The notes under the pieces are model-generated. The model saw only the letters and a list, made by a program, of their open reading frames with translations. It did not search any database and was not told the DNA's origin. 64,000 nt of DNA from Mizuhopecten yessoensis. Taxonomy: Eukaryota. Every line of letters begins with the position of its first letter. Positions within the stretch are counted from its first letter, which is position 1. Location: assembly GCF_002113885.1 (NCBI RefSeq), contig NW_018405055.1, positions 1,106,459 through 1,170,458 on the forward strand. Direction: 5' to 3'. Position numbers and translations under genes: made by a program. This document shows positions 39,369 to 51,005 of this stretch, piece by piece.

Positions 39369-42300
39369 TGATACAGCCCAACACTAACCTAAATGATGGT
39401 ACAGCCCAACACTAAACCAGGAGAATGGATGTAGCTGGATGTTTAAATATTAATATCCAAAGTACACACTGGACAGTTTTATTGTAGATTCTTAATCTCA
39501 TGCTCATACAAGTCCAAATAATTTTATTCTAATAAAAGAAGGTTAATTTGATTTTAATGGAATCTTGTGACCAGATCTTGAACTGATTATGGTAGTGGCA
39601 ATAATAACTCATGTCTTTCACAAGTGTGCTTCGAGAATAATGGTTCTGTTTGAGAAATCTTCAAGTGATGGACTAATACCTGCCTCAAATGAGGTAAGAC
39701 AGAGAGCCCCCCCCCGGCAAACCAATAGTCTTGTTGATGTGGTTTTGGTGTTTATTTATTGTTTTTAGAATTAGGAGAGTAGGCCTTCCTGTCTAACAGG
39801 GAAAGTATAAAAACAGGTGTGTTTCACATCTGGTTTACTGTCGTATGATGTGGGTTTGATTTTTTTGATGACCATGTCTCCATCAGACTTCATGATATTT
39901 ATCTTATATTGTCTAGTTTGTTCATCTGTGTTCTGGGAGATGTAACCCTGTGATTTGTACCATAACTTAATTAAAAATTATGTATATTTACTTTCATATT
40001 CTTTCACTTGCATTTACAAACTTTGCAGCTTTTCTGGTCTTGGTTCAGGTATTAAGACCTTCTTAAACTTAAAAACATATTGATGTAAAGTTCTCTTCCC
40101 AGATTTTTCTGAATAGTTAGAAGTTTTCTGTTTGATTGACTTCTTTTACCCAGCTTACGATGTGTTTGGTTGTTTCAGATAACATAGTGGATAGAAATTT
40201 TATTTGAATACGTTGTTAAGATTTAAAGCTTTTTTAGATCTGGACCATGCTTTGAAGTCAAAACATATTTATTGTCTTGAGTTAGAATTTGTTTCATGCT
40301 AAGATTGATATACACCATCTAATCATTGATTCTACTCATTGACTAATTACTTAATGTGATTAAGTGATTGGTTTCATGATCTAAGGTGCTAGCTATTTGA
40401 GTAAATGAGACTGTATAACACTGTGAAGTAGGATGAGTGGGGAGCTGGCAATCATTAACCTATCCAAGGCATTGGGCCATCAACTAGATTCCATCACCTT
40501 CATTTTATATTCTCTCCCTTTTCTAATTGATTACTCCACCCTCTGAAATGATTTTAACGATGCTTAGTATTGGTAAGGTTTGAATGAATTAGCTCATTCA
40601 CCCCTGAAATTAATTTCATGATCAACCATGTTTCTTCAGGGGTTAATGAGTTAAAAATAAGCGAGTTCATTTTAAGGTGGAGTTTTAATAATTTCAATCT
40701 ATTACCTGGTACTATGCTACATACTTATGGGTAGCTTTTGCTGACAACGTGTAGCATTCTCTCCTCCCTAATAAAACAGTACAGGCTGAGTGAAGTCAAT
40801 CCTGAGAATCAGAGGTTAACTCGAGGTCAGAGGACTGAATATACAGAACAGGAAATCTTTACAATAACAAATTTGTGAAAATATTGAAAACGAAACATTT
40901 AGAATACAAATTTGTTATCTGTTGTTGTGTAGCAAAAATATTTCCAAATGAAAATATTATTTGTTACGATGTTTACAGGACAGTGGATAATGGACTGTCT
41001 TTCAGAGAGAGATTTCTTTAGATGTTCTAGGATAGAGAAATATTGAGTGACGACATCAAAACAGTGATATGATATTAGGACATTAAAGTTTACAATTAAT
41101 ATTTGTAACATCTGTGATAAAAAGTTATTTCTAAATATACCAATACTTTAAATATACAAAGCGCTTTAGAGCGGCTAATTATTATTATTATTACTTGTTT
41201 ACTGATATAAATGTACAAACTTTAATTTCTATAAATCTATTTTATGTGATATACTTCAATTCCACTATAATGACAACATGTCATTGATACAGTACCCATA
41301 GTTTTCCGGTATCTGGTGTTTCTTTGTGTGCCATGAAAACGTCTACATGACTGTGAATGGTAGATGAGTGCATGGCAGTGTTGTGTAAAAAAGTGCGTTT
41401 GAGAAAGTGCTACTACAGAAAAAACTAAGTACCGTTATATACTGTTCAAATACAAACTTGATGAGGATAAATGATTGTCATAGTTGATTTTGAATATGCT
41501 ACAGTAAACATATTAATGTTAAAACTTTACAGAACCCCCAATATTGACTGTACTTATGAGACATTAAAGATGATTGTTTGATTTGTTGAATTTTAGTTAG
41601 GGTACTATTAATCAAATTTCTCCAATAGCCACAATATGCTTCCCCACTATGGAGGCAATGGATAAACCTGAAAGGAGGTGGTACACATGTCTTGTTACCC
41701 ACATCTGGAAAATGTGCAGAAAAGCATCTTAAAATATTGCAATATATATATAGAATTATTGTCTACAGTTTAACATGTCAAAATATTTTACTTTTTAATT
41801 GACAATTATTTTTTTTTTTTAATTTTCAAAGATGTTTTGTGTGGGGTTGCAATACACATGTTGAATTTAGTTTGTTATCAAATAGTTACAAGATAATTGT
41901 CACATATTTAACAGTATACAGTATTTCTCCATTTATTTTGATGATAAAGACTCGTTGACATTTATATTATTTATTTAGAACATCAATAGAAGAAAATGGT
42001 AACCATATAAAATATCAAGAGACTTTATCATTGATTGATATTGAAAGTAAAATTAATATAGATTGTATGTGTATTCAGAGAGTAAATGAGATATTCAAAC
42101 CTTATTTATTGATTTGTTTTTATGCTGTATAAAGGATGTGAGAGAAAAGATTGCATGTACATATATTTTATTCTGACGAAATAATAGACGGATGTTTAAA
42201 AATTATTCTCGAGTGCAAATTATGTTGTACGATAGAATTATGAATTGTAAGTAATAGAAGGGAAATGGTCAACCAGAAATGCTGGGATATCGTCCTTATC

Positions 42301-43310
42301 ATGGTGTTATTTCCCATCATTGACTTGAGTGTGGCCATACAGTTGACTGAGGAATGCTGTTTAATTGATGGTTTAAATTATTGTGCAGTACCCTTCGACT
42401 TTTTATTTGAAATGAAGTTGTTAATTGTATTTTTGGGAAGGAAAAATAAATATCTCTTTCAGCAGACTTTTCTGTTTAATTTGACCATTCTAGTTTTGCA
42501 GGGTATATACTTTGTACACGTAGACAGTAATAATATGGTCAGCACAGACATCCCGCCACAGTGCATGATATAGGACTGATATTAGCTTTGTTTACAAAAT
42601 TTCTATCTGCCATATGCTTTCTTAAGTGATCCTTATCAGAAGACATGCTTGAATTGTTGATGCGTTTTAATAAATAAGTTATAACAATATGCATAATGGA
42701 TAAAGATTTATGTATATGTGTCAAGGTTATAATTTTGCGATTTAAACAAATAAGTTTGTCAAAAAAATCTTTAAAATCAACTATTCAGTGATAAACATGG
42801 CCTATACATTGTGTTTTTCTCAAGTTAAGTGCAATGCTATTTTACCACTTTTGTACATTTTCATTTGGAATATCAGCTTTTAGCTATATCAGACACATAT
42901 ATCTCCTTTCTGACTTTAAAGTTCTTAACCTCTGCTGCCATACAGTATCATGCCAAGGGGATACCAGTAGGTAGGGAATACCTCTGTTATTAGAAGAAAA
43001 TCATTTAAAAGTATATTTCAACAAACCTTATAATGATTACTTGATCTCAAATAAATTTCACTGCCACTTGATTCTATTACGTATGTAATGTTCACACCCA
43101 CACCTTATTAGGAATGGAGTATTTCACTGATTTCATCAAAACTCAAGTACATTTGTGTAAATATGTCATAAATATCCTTTTTATGGTTGATAGACCTTGT
43201 CTGTTATGGTGAAACCATTTTAATTCTAACTTAACATGATTGACCACTTCTTGTGTTCATCTGTTCCCCAGAGATTTGCTTGTGTGTCAAACCACATGTA
43301 TATAGTCTGT

Positions 43311-43447
43311 TCTATTCTGAATAAGGTGAGATAATTGGCTACTAGTCAGCTCTATTCTGAATAAGGTGAGATAATTAGCTACTAGTCGGCTCTATTCTGA
43401 ATAAGGTGAGATAATTGGCTACTAGTCAGCTCTATTCTGAATAAGGT
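43311..43447 (+). repeat. 40-bp tandem repeat, ~3.4 copies
   Basis: tctattctgaataaggtgagataatt.gctactagtc.gc at 43311, 43351 and 43391, partial at 43431. Confidence 0.9.
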
Positions 43448-43847
43448 TTTAGTCGGCTGGTGAAGGTTACAATATATTTTCTGTTCAAACTTCATTCATC
43501 ATATCAGCATGAACCTACGGTAATCCCATAAAATCCTTGCATAATGCAGTATCTCTTGTGAATTCTGTTGTTTTAATTATTTGCCAATTGATCAGAGGGG
43601 AATGTCATTACAACACGAAATTGAATTACGCGAGTGTCAACCGAATTATTGAAAATAAAATATATTTGAAATCTATTTGACTAGGTTTTGTTTTATTCTA
43701 TCAGACATCATTCTATTAATGTTCAATATAATATGTTGACTTATTGTAAATTAACTTGTGAATATTGGTTTAAACAGAAGATTTTACTCCTTGTGTCGTG
43801 GTTTCTTTTTTAAGTGCAATCATGTTAATCTTTAGATACAAGCCGAT

Positions 43848-44840
43848 AGATTATATACTGGTGGATTTCTCGGTCCCCTTGGTGTGCCGTGACCTTGATG
43901 GCCAGTCATCTCTGAGTAGTGGTACGTCGATTATATACTGGTGGACTTTTTAGTCCCCTTGGTGTGCCGTGACCTTGATGGCCACAGTCATCTCTCTGAG
44001 TAGTGGTACGTTGACTATATACTGGTGGATTTCTCAGTCCCATTGGTGTACCGTGACCTTGATGGCCACAGTAATCTCTCTGAGTAGTGGTACGTAGACT
44101 ATATACTGATGGATTGCTCGGTCCCCTTGGTGTGCCGTGACCTTGATGGCCAGTCATCTCTGAGTAGTGGTACGTCGACTATATACTGGTGGACTTTTTA
44201 GTCCCCTTGGTGTGCCGTGACCTTGATGGCCAGTCCTCTCTGAGTAGTGGTACGTCGATTATATACTGGTGGACTTTTTAGTCCCGTTGGTGTGCCGTGA
44301 CCTTGATGGCCACAGTCATCTCTCCGAGAAGTGGTACGTAGACTATATACTGATGTATTTCTCGGTCCCCTTGGTGTGCCGTGACCTTGATGGCCACAGT
44401 CATCTCTCCGATAAGTGGTACGTAGACTATATACTGATGGATTGCTCGGTCCCCTTGGTGTGCCGTGACCTTGATGGCCACAGTCATCTCTCTGAGAAGT
44501 GGTATACGTAGACTATATACTGGTGGATTTCTCAGTTCCCTTGGTGTACTGTGACCTTGATGGCCACAGTCATATCTCTGAGTAGTGGTACGTAGACTAT
44601 ATACTGGTGGATTTCTCGGTCCCCTTGGTGTGCCGTGACCTTGATGGCCACAGTCATCTCTCCGAGAAGTGGTACGTAGACTATATACTGATGGATTTCT
44701 CGGTCCCCTTGGTGTGCCGTGACCTTGATGGCCACAGTCATCTCTCTGAGTAGTGGTACGTAGACTATATACTGGTGGACTTTTTAGTCCCCTTGGTGTG
44801 CCGTGACCTTGATGGCCACAGTCATCTCTATTGAGAAGTG
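43848..44840. repeat. 80-86 bp minisatellite, ~12 copies
   Basis: Consensus gactatatactggtggatttctcggtccccttggtgtgccgtgaccttgatggccacagtcatctctctgagtagtggtacgta. Unit starts at ~43851, 43931, 44015, 44099, 44179, 44259, 44343, 44427, 44513, 44597, 44681, 44765. Confidence 0.95.
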
Positions 44841-45333
44841 ACACGGTTCGTAACATACACACATGACTCATTATTAATTTAAAATTTAACTATATTTTAT
44901 TTCTATTTCAACTGTAGACCGATTCACAGGGACCTGATAATATTTGTTACAGGTGTATTTGAATCCAAACTATGGTGAACAGGGTAATTTTTACATATTT
45001 GAGGTTTAAATCAATTTTCGGTAAAAAAAAAAAAAAGCCACTCCAAATGATGATAATATATATAGTCGATCTGAACTCCTAAAACCTATGAAATTACTCT
45101 TATCACCTTAGTTTGGGTCCAAATATAACTCTAACAAACTAAGTTCCTGTGGTATGTTACAGTGTAATTCATTTTTGGCATTTGTATCAATTAACAGAAT
45201 TTTTAGGCGCCTCATGTGTGTGTGTGTGTGTGTGTTGCGTCCATCTTGATCACACCTTCAAGATTGGATGAACGCCAATGTCTGCACACACTCACTTAGT
45301 CTCTAACTAAGAGTTCTAAGAGTATTTGAGTCT

Positions 45334-46595
45334 CTAACTTAGTGTATTTGAAGCAAATCGTTTGCGGAAAAACCCAGTGTATCTTTTGTTGCTGTCCGGA
45401 AATTTGTCCCTTATTCTCCAAACACAACAACTCGGCACCGGCTTCCTATTCGATTTTCCCAAACGTCCTTCTTGCCACAAGGTAAAGTTCCTGTAGGCAG
45501 CTTGCCTCATATATCGGTGCCTGACGTCTGCTTTATCTGAAATCATTTCCAGTAGGTTGGCCTGACATACATCTCCAATATAAAGCACTTCTGGGTCCAA
45601 CACCAATTTATCCATCTGCTGTAAAAGATATATTGTAGCCCAACAATTTACACGGGACAGAAATATCCTAGATCTCACTTTAAATGTAATGCAAAAATGT
45701 ACTGCATATACTCATTGTCAATGACCTCATATCTGTTCATCCTTTAATTTCTCAGAAAATAACTTCCTTATGTCTTAAGATGGCGCAGAATAAATGCACC
45801 ACAAATGTACCTCCGTTAAATACTTTTAATTCCCACCTTTGTAGATTGACACCCGAATTAAGATTTCGCAATCATGCTCTCTCCACTATTTCAAACACCA
45901 TTTTGCCATTTGACCATTCATAATAAACTAGGTACCGATCGTTTCGAAACACAAAGCTCCGGGGTTTTGCCGCAACATTTCCTCTCCACAACTTTGGGCA
46001 TCTCATCACAGTGGTGACATATGCACCATGTTGGCGTGTTACGGGGAGGACTGCTTTCCCGATCGTCACGTTTACCACTTTGTAAACAGAGGTAAGAAAA
46101 CGGGCTAAGGTCCATCTCCACAAGATTGTCAACCAAATGTCTAAAGGCTTCTAGTGACATTTTATGGCGATGCTTCTACAAAACATTGATTGATTGATTG
46201 GTTTTACGTCCGCTTCACTACCGAGTAGTTCGGTTAATCAATTCCCACAAATATATAGCGGTAAACAGTTTTAAACGTCCATGTGACGGTACATATATAT
46301 ATATAAAACAAAACACGAAGACTTAATTTCGCTAGCACTTTCGCCCATCTTCGGTCTCTTCATGCGATTTGGATTGAGCTCCAAGCTGGGCAAAAGTGCT
46401 AACGAAATTAAGTCTTCATGTTTTGTTTTAAATATGATATATATGTCACGTTTAACATTCGCATTATGCCGACATAGTATACTTACAATGCTTAGTAATA
46501 GGATGATTTGTACTTTTTGAAATTGTGAATCTTGTGATTATGGAAGTATGTTTAATCATAATAACCTGTTGTGTCCACAACTCGGTCTTTTCCAT
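45334..46595 (-). CDS. P2X7 cytoplasmic ballast / nanor-like Cys-rich zinc-binding domain protein (stand-alone, spliced)
   Basis: Exons 46175-45936 and 45618-45334 join in phase 0 with GT-AG. A tentative first exon 46595-46566 encodes MEKTELWTQQ. Motifs WCICHHCDEMP..ERKCC and RQAAYRNFTLWQEGRLGKSNRKPVPSCCVWRIRDKFP...YTGF match the ballast-domain signature. No P2X transmembrane or ectodomain sequence is present. The 5' exon is uncertain. Confidence 0.8.
46304..46430. repeat. Inverted repeat (~44-bp arms), hairpin/MITE-like
   Basis: taaaacaaaacacgaagacttaatttcgctagcactttcgccca pairs with tgggcaaaagtgctaacgaaattaagtcttcatgttttgtttta. Confidence 0.85.
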
Positions 46596-47559
46596 GTCCT
46601 CGTCACCTCTGTCTAAGACCTGATGGTCTGGACCTCTTCCCTTGCTTCCTCTTTCGCAAACCTGAACTCGATGCAGTTATGAATACGGCTGTTCATTTAC
46701 TGATAGATCTGTGTGTTTATTTACATTAATCTAAAAAAGTCGGTCAAAGTATATACCAAGTAGAGTTAGACATATCTTATCTTGAGGTTTAACAGTTACG
46801 TAACAGGTATACAGGTATTATATATGTATTGATATTTGTTTATCTTATCAAGGGCCCAACAGGGGAAAAACAAATTACGGAAAATTTCAAAATTCAGATG
46901 GCAAAATAAAAGTGTGGATGGGAGAAAAACACCACAACACCCTGGCGAGGAATATAAAGCATTTCAGACAATCATTTAATGGTTAGTAAAAGTGCGCCTA
47001 TTGCCACTGGGTCATTAATTACAGTTTCCTTTTTAACCCGCAGTATCCCCTGACTCCCTATAAGCTAGTGGCGCCCCCCTTCGCAGGACTTTACCGATTG
47101 CATCACGTTTAAAAATACCGAAACCGACTTCAACCGGATCACGTTGAACACGGGCCAAGAGCCATCCCCACGTCGATTTTAACAATGATTGTCTACTCGA
47201 TCATGAACAGTATCAATATTTACATCTACATGAGAGTCAACTACCACCTAATGCTAGAGTGATATGTGTTTGCTTGTACGCTAGTGTTCATAACATAAAA
47301 ACTTCAGAATGGACTTCGTAGGGTAGTTCACTCATTATTTTACAAATTGCCCCCCCCCCCCCCCTCCCCCTTCCCACGAGGCAATCAGAGATGCACGATG
47401 CACTCATTTCGCAATATTAAACTGTGATTTACCAATAACGTATATGGCCACCTCAGCAATATAACTCGTTTCGGGTTACGTCAAGTCGATGTCGCACCCG
47501 ATCATTAAACACGATTCGCTGCAAAATTATCGACTTGATCCTTATCGGCAAACGCTTGT

Positions 47560-47845
47560 TACATTTCCTGCTTTCAAAAAGAACCAAGCTTGCTTGATAA
47601 CTAAATTTTCGAAAGACGAACTACTAGCAATTGTCATGCTTCTGTTCCGAGTACCGGTCAATGATAAAGATACGGACCTATATCTAGCTGCCTCGTTTGT
47701 ACTGGATAATGAAACCACAAGAATCATGGTGAGCAATTGTATTGCTTGCTCAGCTAATTGCCCCACAAAGCCACCATCCCCACTTCTTACTTCCATTCTT
47801 AGTAATGTTGGTCCAGATGCGGAATTAATGGTGTATAATTTTTGA
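47560..47845 (+). pseudogene. Possible degenerate Ty3/Gypsy integrase (zinc-binding region) remnant
   Basis: LDNETTRIMVSNCIACSANCPTKPPSPL...GPDAELMV resembles Gypsy IDxDIExMVxxCxxCQ...PxxPL...GPWxxLxxDF. A stop follows immediately and the rest of pol is not recognisable. Confidence 0.4.
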
Positions 47846-49946
47846 AGAATTCACAATATCTCTCGTTTAAACTTGAACACCCTTTCCTCAAACATGTTTA
47901 TACCCCTCTCACTACCTACCTTATACCAATTTTTCGGAACACTCCTTTTCTCTTATCATGAGAGCTTTATTTCAAAGAAAGTAAAAAGGCGATACAAATC
48001 TATAATGTTTACTATCTTGGAGGAACCGATAGTGGGCTCAGGATGGGTAAGGTTTTGGATTTAATACTTGTTTCTGAAATTAAATGTTCTGTCTCTTTGT
48101 GGTGAGGAATGAAATGACATTGCACGTTTTGATCAATACTTCAAACTCAGATTAGATCGTGGGCAGCATTATGAATTATTCAAGAATTTGCCTCGGGCAA
48201 TTAGCGTATACAGGAACTGGATGTTACATGATTAGCAACTCAGTCAGTTATATGATTTATAATCATGATAATACCATCCCTAAATCCAAATTAATTATGA
48301 ACTAAATAGATAAGACAACCGCGTCCGTGTTCGTCATAGATATGGAAGTTGAACACTAAACACTTACTGTAACATAGACATGTATTTATTTAAAAATGTA
48401 TAAAATAATTAAACAAACGCCAAGGAATGATATACTTTCTAAGTACGATTCATTCATTCTAATTAAAGTCATCTTTCACATGACTTTGTTAACAAAGCCA
48501 TGTAACAGATTAATTTAAACAAATAACAATTCATTGTGTATTTTCAACATGAAAATAATTTATTTTCATAATCCATGATATTTTGAAAAATATTTATGGT
48601 GAAGATTTGTTCATGTTGTTGAAGTTTTGAAGGACACCCCTGTAAACCCATTCACATGGAACTCCTTCCGTTATTTAATTAATAAACACAAATTTCCAAA
48701 TATTGAGGGGATGATAAAAATCAAATACTAAAGTGTTTTTTTTTAGTTTTCACGCATGCTGCGATATCCATCTTATAAAACTTAGTGGTACCACCTCTTG
48801 GCGAAAAAAAATCATAAATTGGGCTTCAAATATTTCACTACAAATTTTAATTGCAAAACATATGCAGCCCACAGTATTTTCAAATAATCTTCTTAATGTT
48901 TTCTGTTGAAAATAAAACATGCTATCAGTCACATTAGCAAACACGAAAAACAATCAAAATGTTTCGAATGAAGAATCCTCTGTAAATGAAAATTTCAAAA
49001 AGTGAATGTGTCGCTTGAGTATTATAAGAAAGTGATAATCATCTGGCACAAACAACATAATGTTTCCCAATAAGACCATGTTGGCGACCATAAATCTGTC
49101 CACAGCTGTCTCAAAATCCTCTATTGTAGGTTTGTCCAATCGAATTCTAGAGTGGAAATAATACAATACAATTTGGTAAGATTATTGTGTGGTTCTAATA
49201 TGTATTTAGGAATAAAAAGGAAGAATTGTTGACATAATTAAGCCAATATATACAAGTTCACAGTGACCTACTTATCAACCATGTGCTGCTCTTTTTGGCC
49301 ATTTTCAATATTTGCAGCTTAAGTGTTACGCAATACACCAAAATGATGAAGAAACTTTCTAAAAATAACATGTAGTTTTGTAAAAAAAAGAGACCATTTG
49401 TAATTTTGATCCCCCACCTTACCCCCTCATATCTCGGGATGATCTCCAAGCTGATCTTAATTTCATGGCATATCTTGATGGCATAACCACAAGGTATGTA
49501 TATACAAAAAATCAAACTTATCGATGATAGCCACTAGAAGGCCCAAACTGCCACCCTCCTTTGCCATTGTGTATTTGCATAACAAAATGGGCTGAAACTC
49601 GATAATCTTAGGGAAGTTATTGGCCTGAAACTAAAGCGTAAAAGACAAACGGACGGACGGACACACCCACCCACCAAATAGTATCCTCCTTTATAAAACA
49701 AGTTAGACATTGCAAAAACTCAGCTATTCTTTTAATTATGATAATCGTGAGCTGGTCCTACTTGTATCAAACATATCAACTCCTGAGTGTTCCTAAACTT
49801 TGAAATTTTCTGAAATGCCTAATTTGTTTTTCCTTTCGCATAAGTGGGCCCGGTTATCAATTAATCGTAACCAAATATTAAGTTGGAAAATAAATGATAA
49901 ACCTGTTTTTTGACATTGCAAGTTCACTCTAAGCAACTGAGTATGC

Positions 49947-51005
49947 TTATGTATTTTCTTTTGCTTTGTTTAGGCAACAAACACCAAAGCAATGACAAAT
50001 GAGTTTTGAGAAATTTGCTCGAAACGTTTTTCCGACGACTATATAAATAATAAAATTGATGCTTGAATTTAAAACGTACAAAACGTTCACAGTGTCAACC
50101 AAGTATGTTCTCTTGTACTCATAATCCTCCTCAAACATGTACAGATGGTTGACCTGATTGACGAGCCCTAGAGTCTGTATCAGTGTAAATATTGCCATGA
50201 TAAGTATAAGTACAATCGTGACATTATCCTTGGCACTACTGACCCTCAGTCCGAGCCGTCTGCGCTTCAGACGTTTTCTCACCAACTCTCTGGCGATGAG
50301 GACGTTAAGGATTATCAGGGCTAAAAGAGGCACCACAAAATTTATCACTGCGTATATCCATATAACATACACTTTCTGATACAGGAAACTTTCTCCAATT
50401 TCTGTCAGATAAACAGAGTAGCAGGTTACAGTACTACTGGCGTTGAAGCACATCGACTCTTCTATCTTCATCGCCACTATTCGGGGGATGTTGTAAATCG
50501 CTGAGAAAGACAGCACTGCTACAATGGAGGCAAGCACTCTGACCCTTGAGTAGACCTGGCTGTGTGTTTGTGGGTGACATACAGATAGATACCGGTCAAT
50601 TGACACAAGGACTAGGATGTACTCGTTACACAATTGCGTCATCATCAGCAGGTAATTAATTGTTATATATCCAAGGGTGTTAAACACATTCAGACCTATA
50701 TCGGGGTCCACGAATTCGGCTATTAATATGGGCACAGACAGCGCCATGAAGGCGCAGGTTATGAAGGCTATGTCGGACAGAACAAGTGCCTGTAGATACA
50801 GGTTGGTTATTGGCGCCATCGACTTCTTCCACAGAACCACTGCCGTCATAACGTTACCTACGTATCCAAAGGCTACCACAAACGGCACAATGACTCCGTA
50901 CAGTATGAAAATTATGCCGTCGTCTGAAGATGGACGTCCCAGTGACCCATCTATGTCACTGTTGTTGACGAGAAGATATTCGCTGATGTTAACACGGTGG
51001 TTCAT
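49947..51005 (-). CDS. Class A (rhodopsin-like) GPCR, FMRFamide/peptide-receptor-like orphan
   Basis: Seven hydrophobic segments with TM1 GYVGN, TM2 LVLSD, TM3 SIDRYLSVCHP, TM4 YNIPR, TM5 NFVVP and TM7 LNSSINFIIY, plus N-terminal N-glycosylation sequons. The likely start is Met54 of the 405-aa ORF (51005), because a splice acceptor (tcttcag) sits at 51037-51038. Confidence 0.9.
   Translation of the reverse strand: MNHRVNISEYLLVNNSDIDGSLGRPSSDDGIIFILYGVIVPFVVAFGYVGNVMTAVVLWKKSMAPITNLYLQALVLSDIAFITCAFMALSVPILIAEFVDPDIGLNVFNTLGYITINYLLMMTQLCNEYILVLVSIDRYLSVCHPQTHSQVYSRVRVLASIVAVLSFSAIYNIPRIVAMKIEESMCFNASSTVTCYSVYLTEIGESFLYQKVYVIWIYAVINFVVPLLALIILNVLIARELVRKRLKRRRLGLRVSSAKDNVTIVLILIMAIFTLIQTLGLVNQVNHLYMFEEDYEYKRTYLVDTVNVLYVLNSSINFIIYIVVGKTFRANFSKLICHCFGVCCLNKAKENT

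Noticed and set aside
43848-44840. CRISPR array or tandem self-cleaving ribozymes
   Set aside because: Whole units repeat with no unique spacers, there are no cas genes, and the context is eukaryotic. No hammerhead CUGANGA/GAAA core or HDV fold could be identified by eye.
44278-44871. 197-aa repeat ORF and other ORFs within the minisatellite
   Set aside because: By-product of an 84-bp stop-poor unit; the frame shifts at 80- and 86-bp units.
48954-49166. Possible hAT/ZNF862-like transposase C-terminal remnant (RIRLDKPTIEDFETAVDRF, minus strand)
   Set aside because: Resemblance covers under 20 residues; too weak to call without a search.
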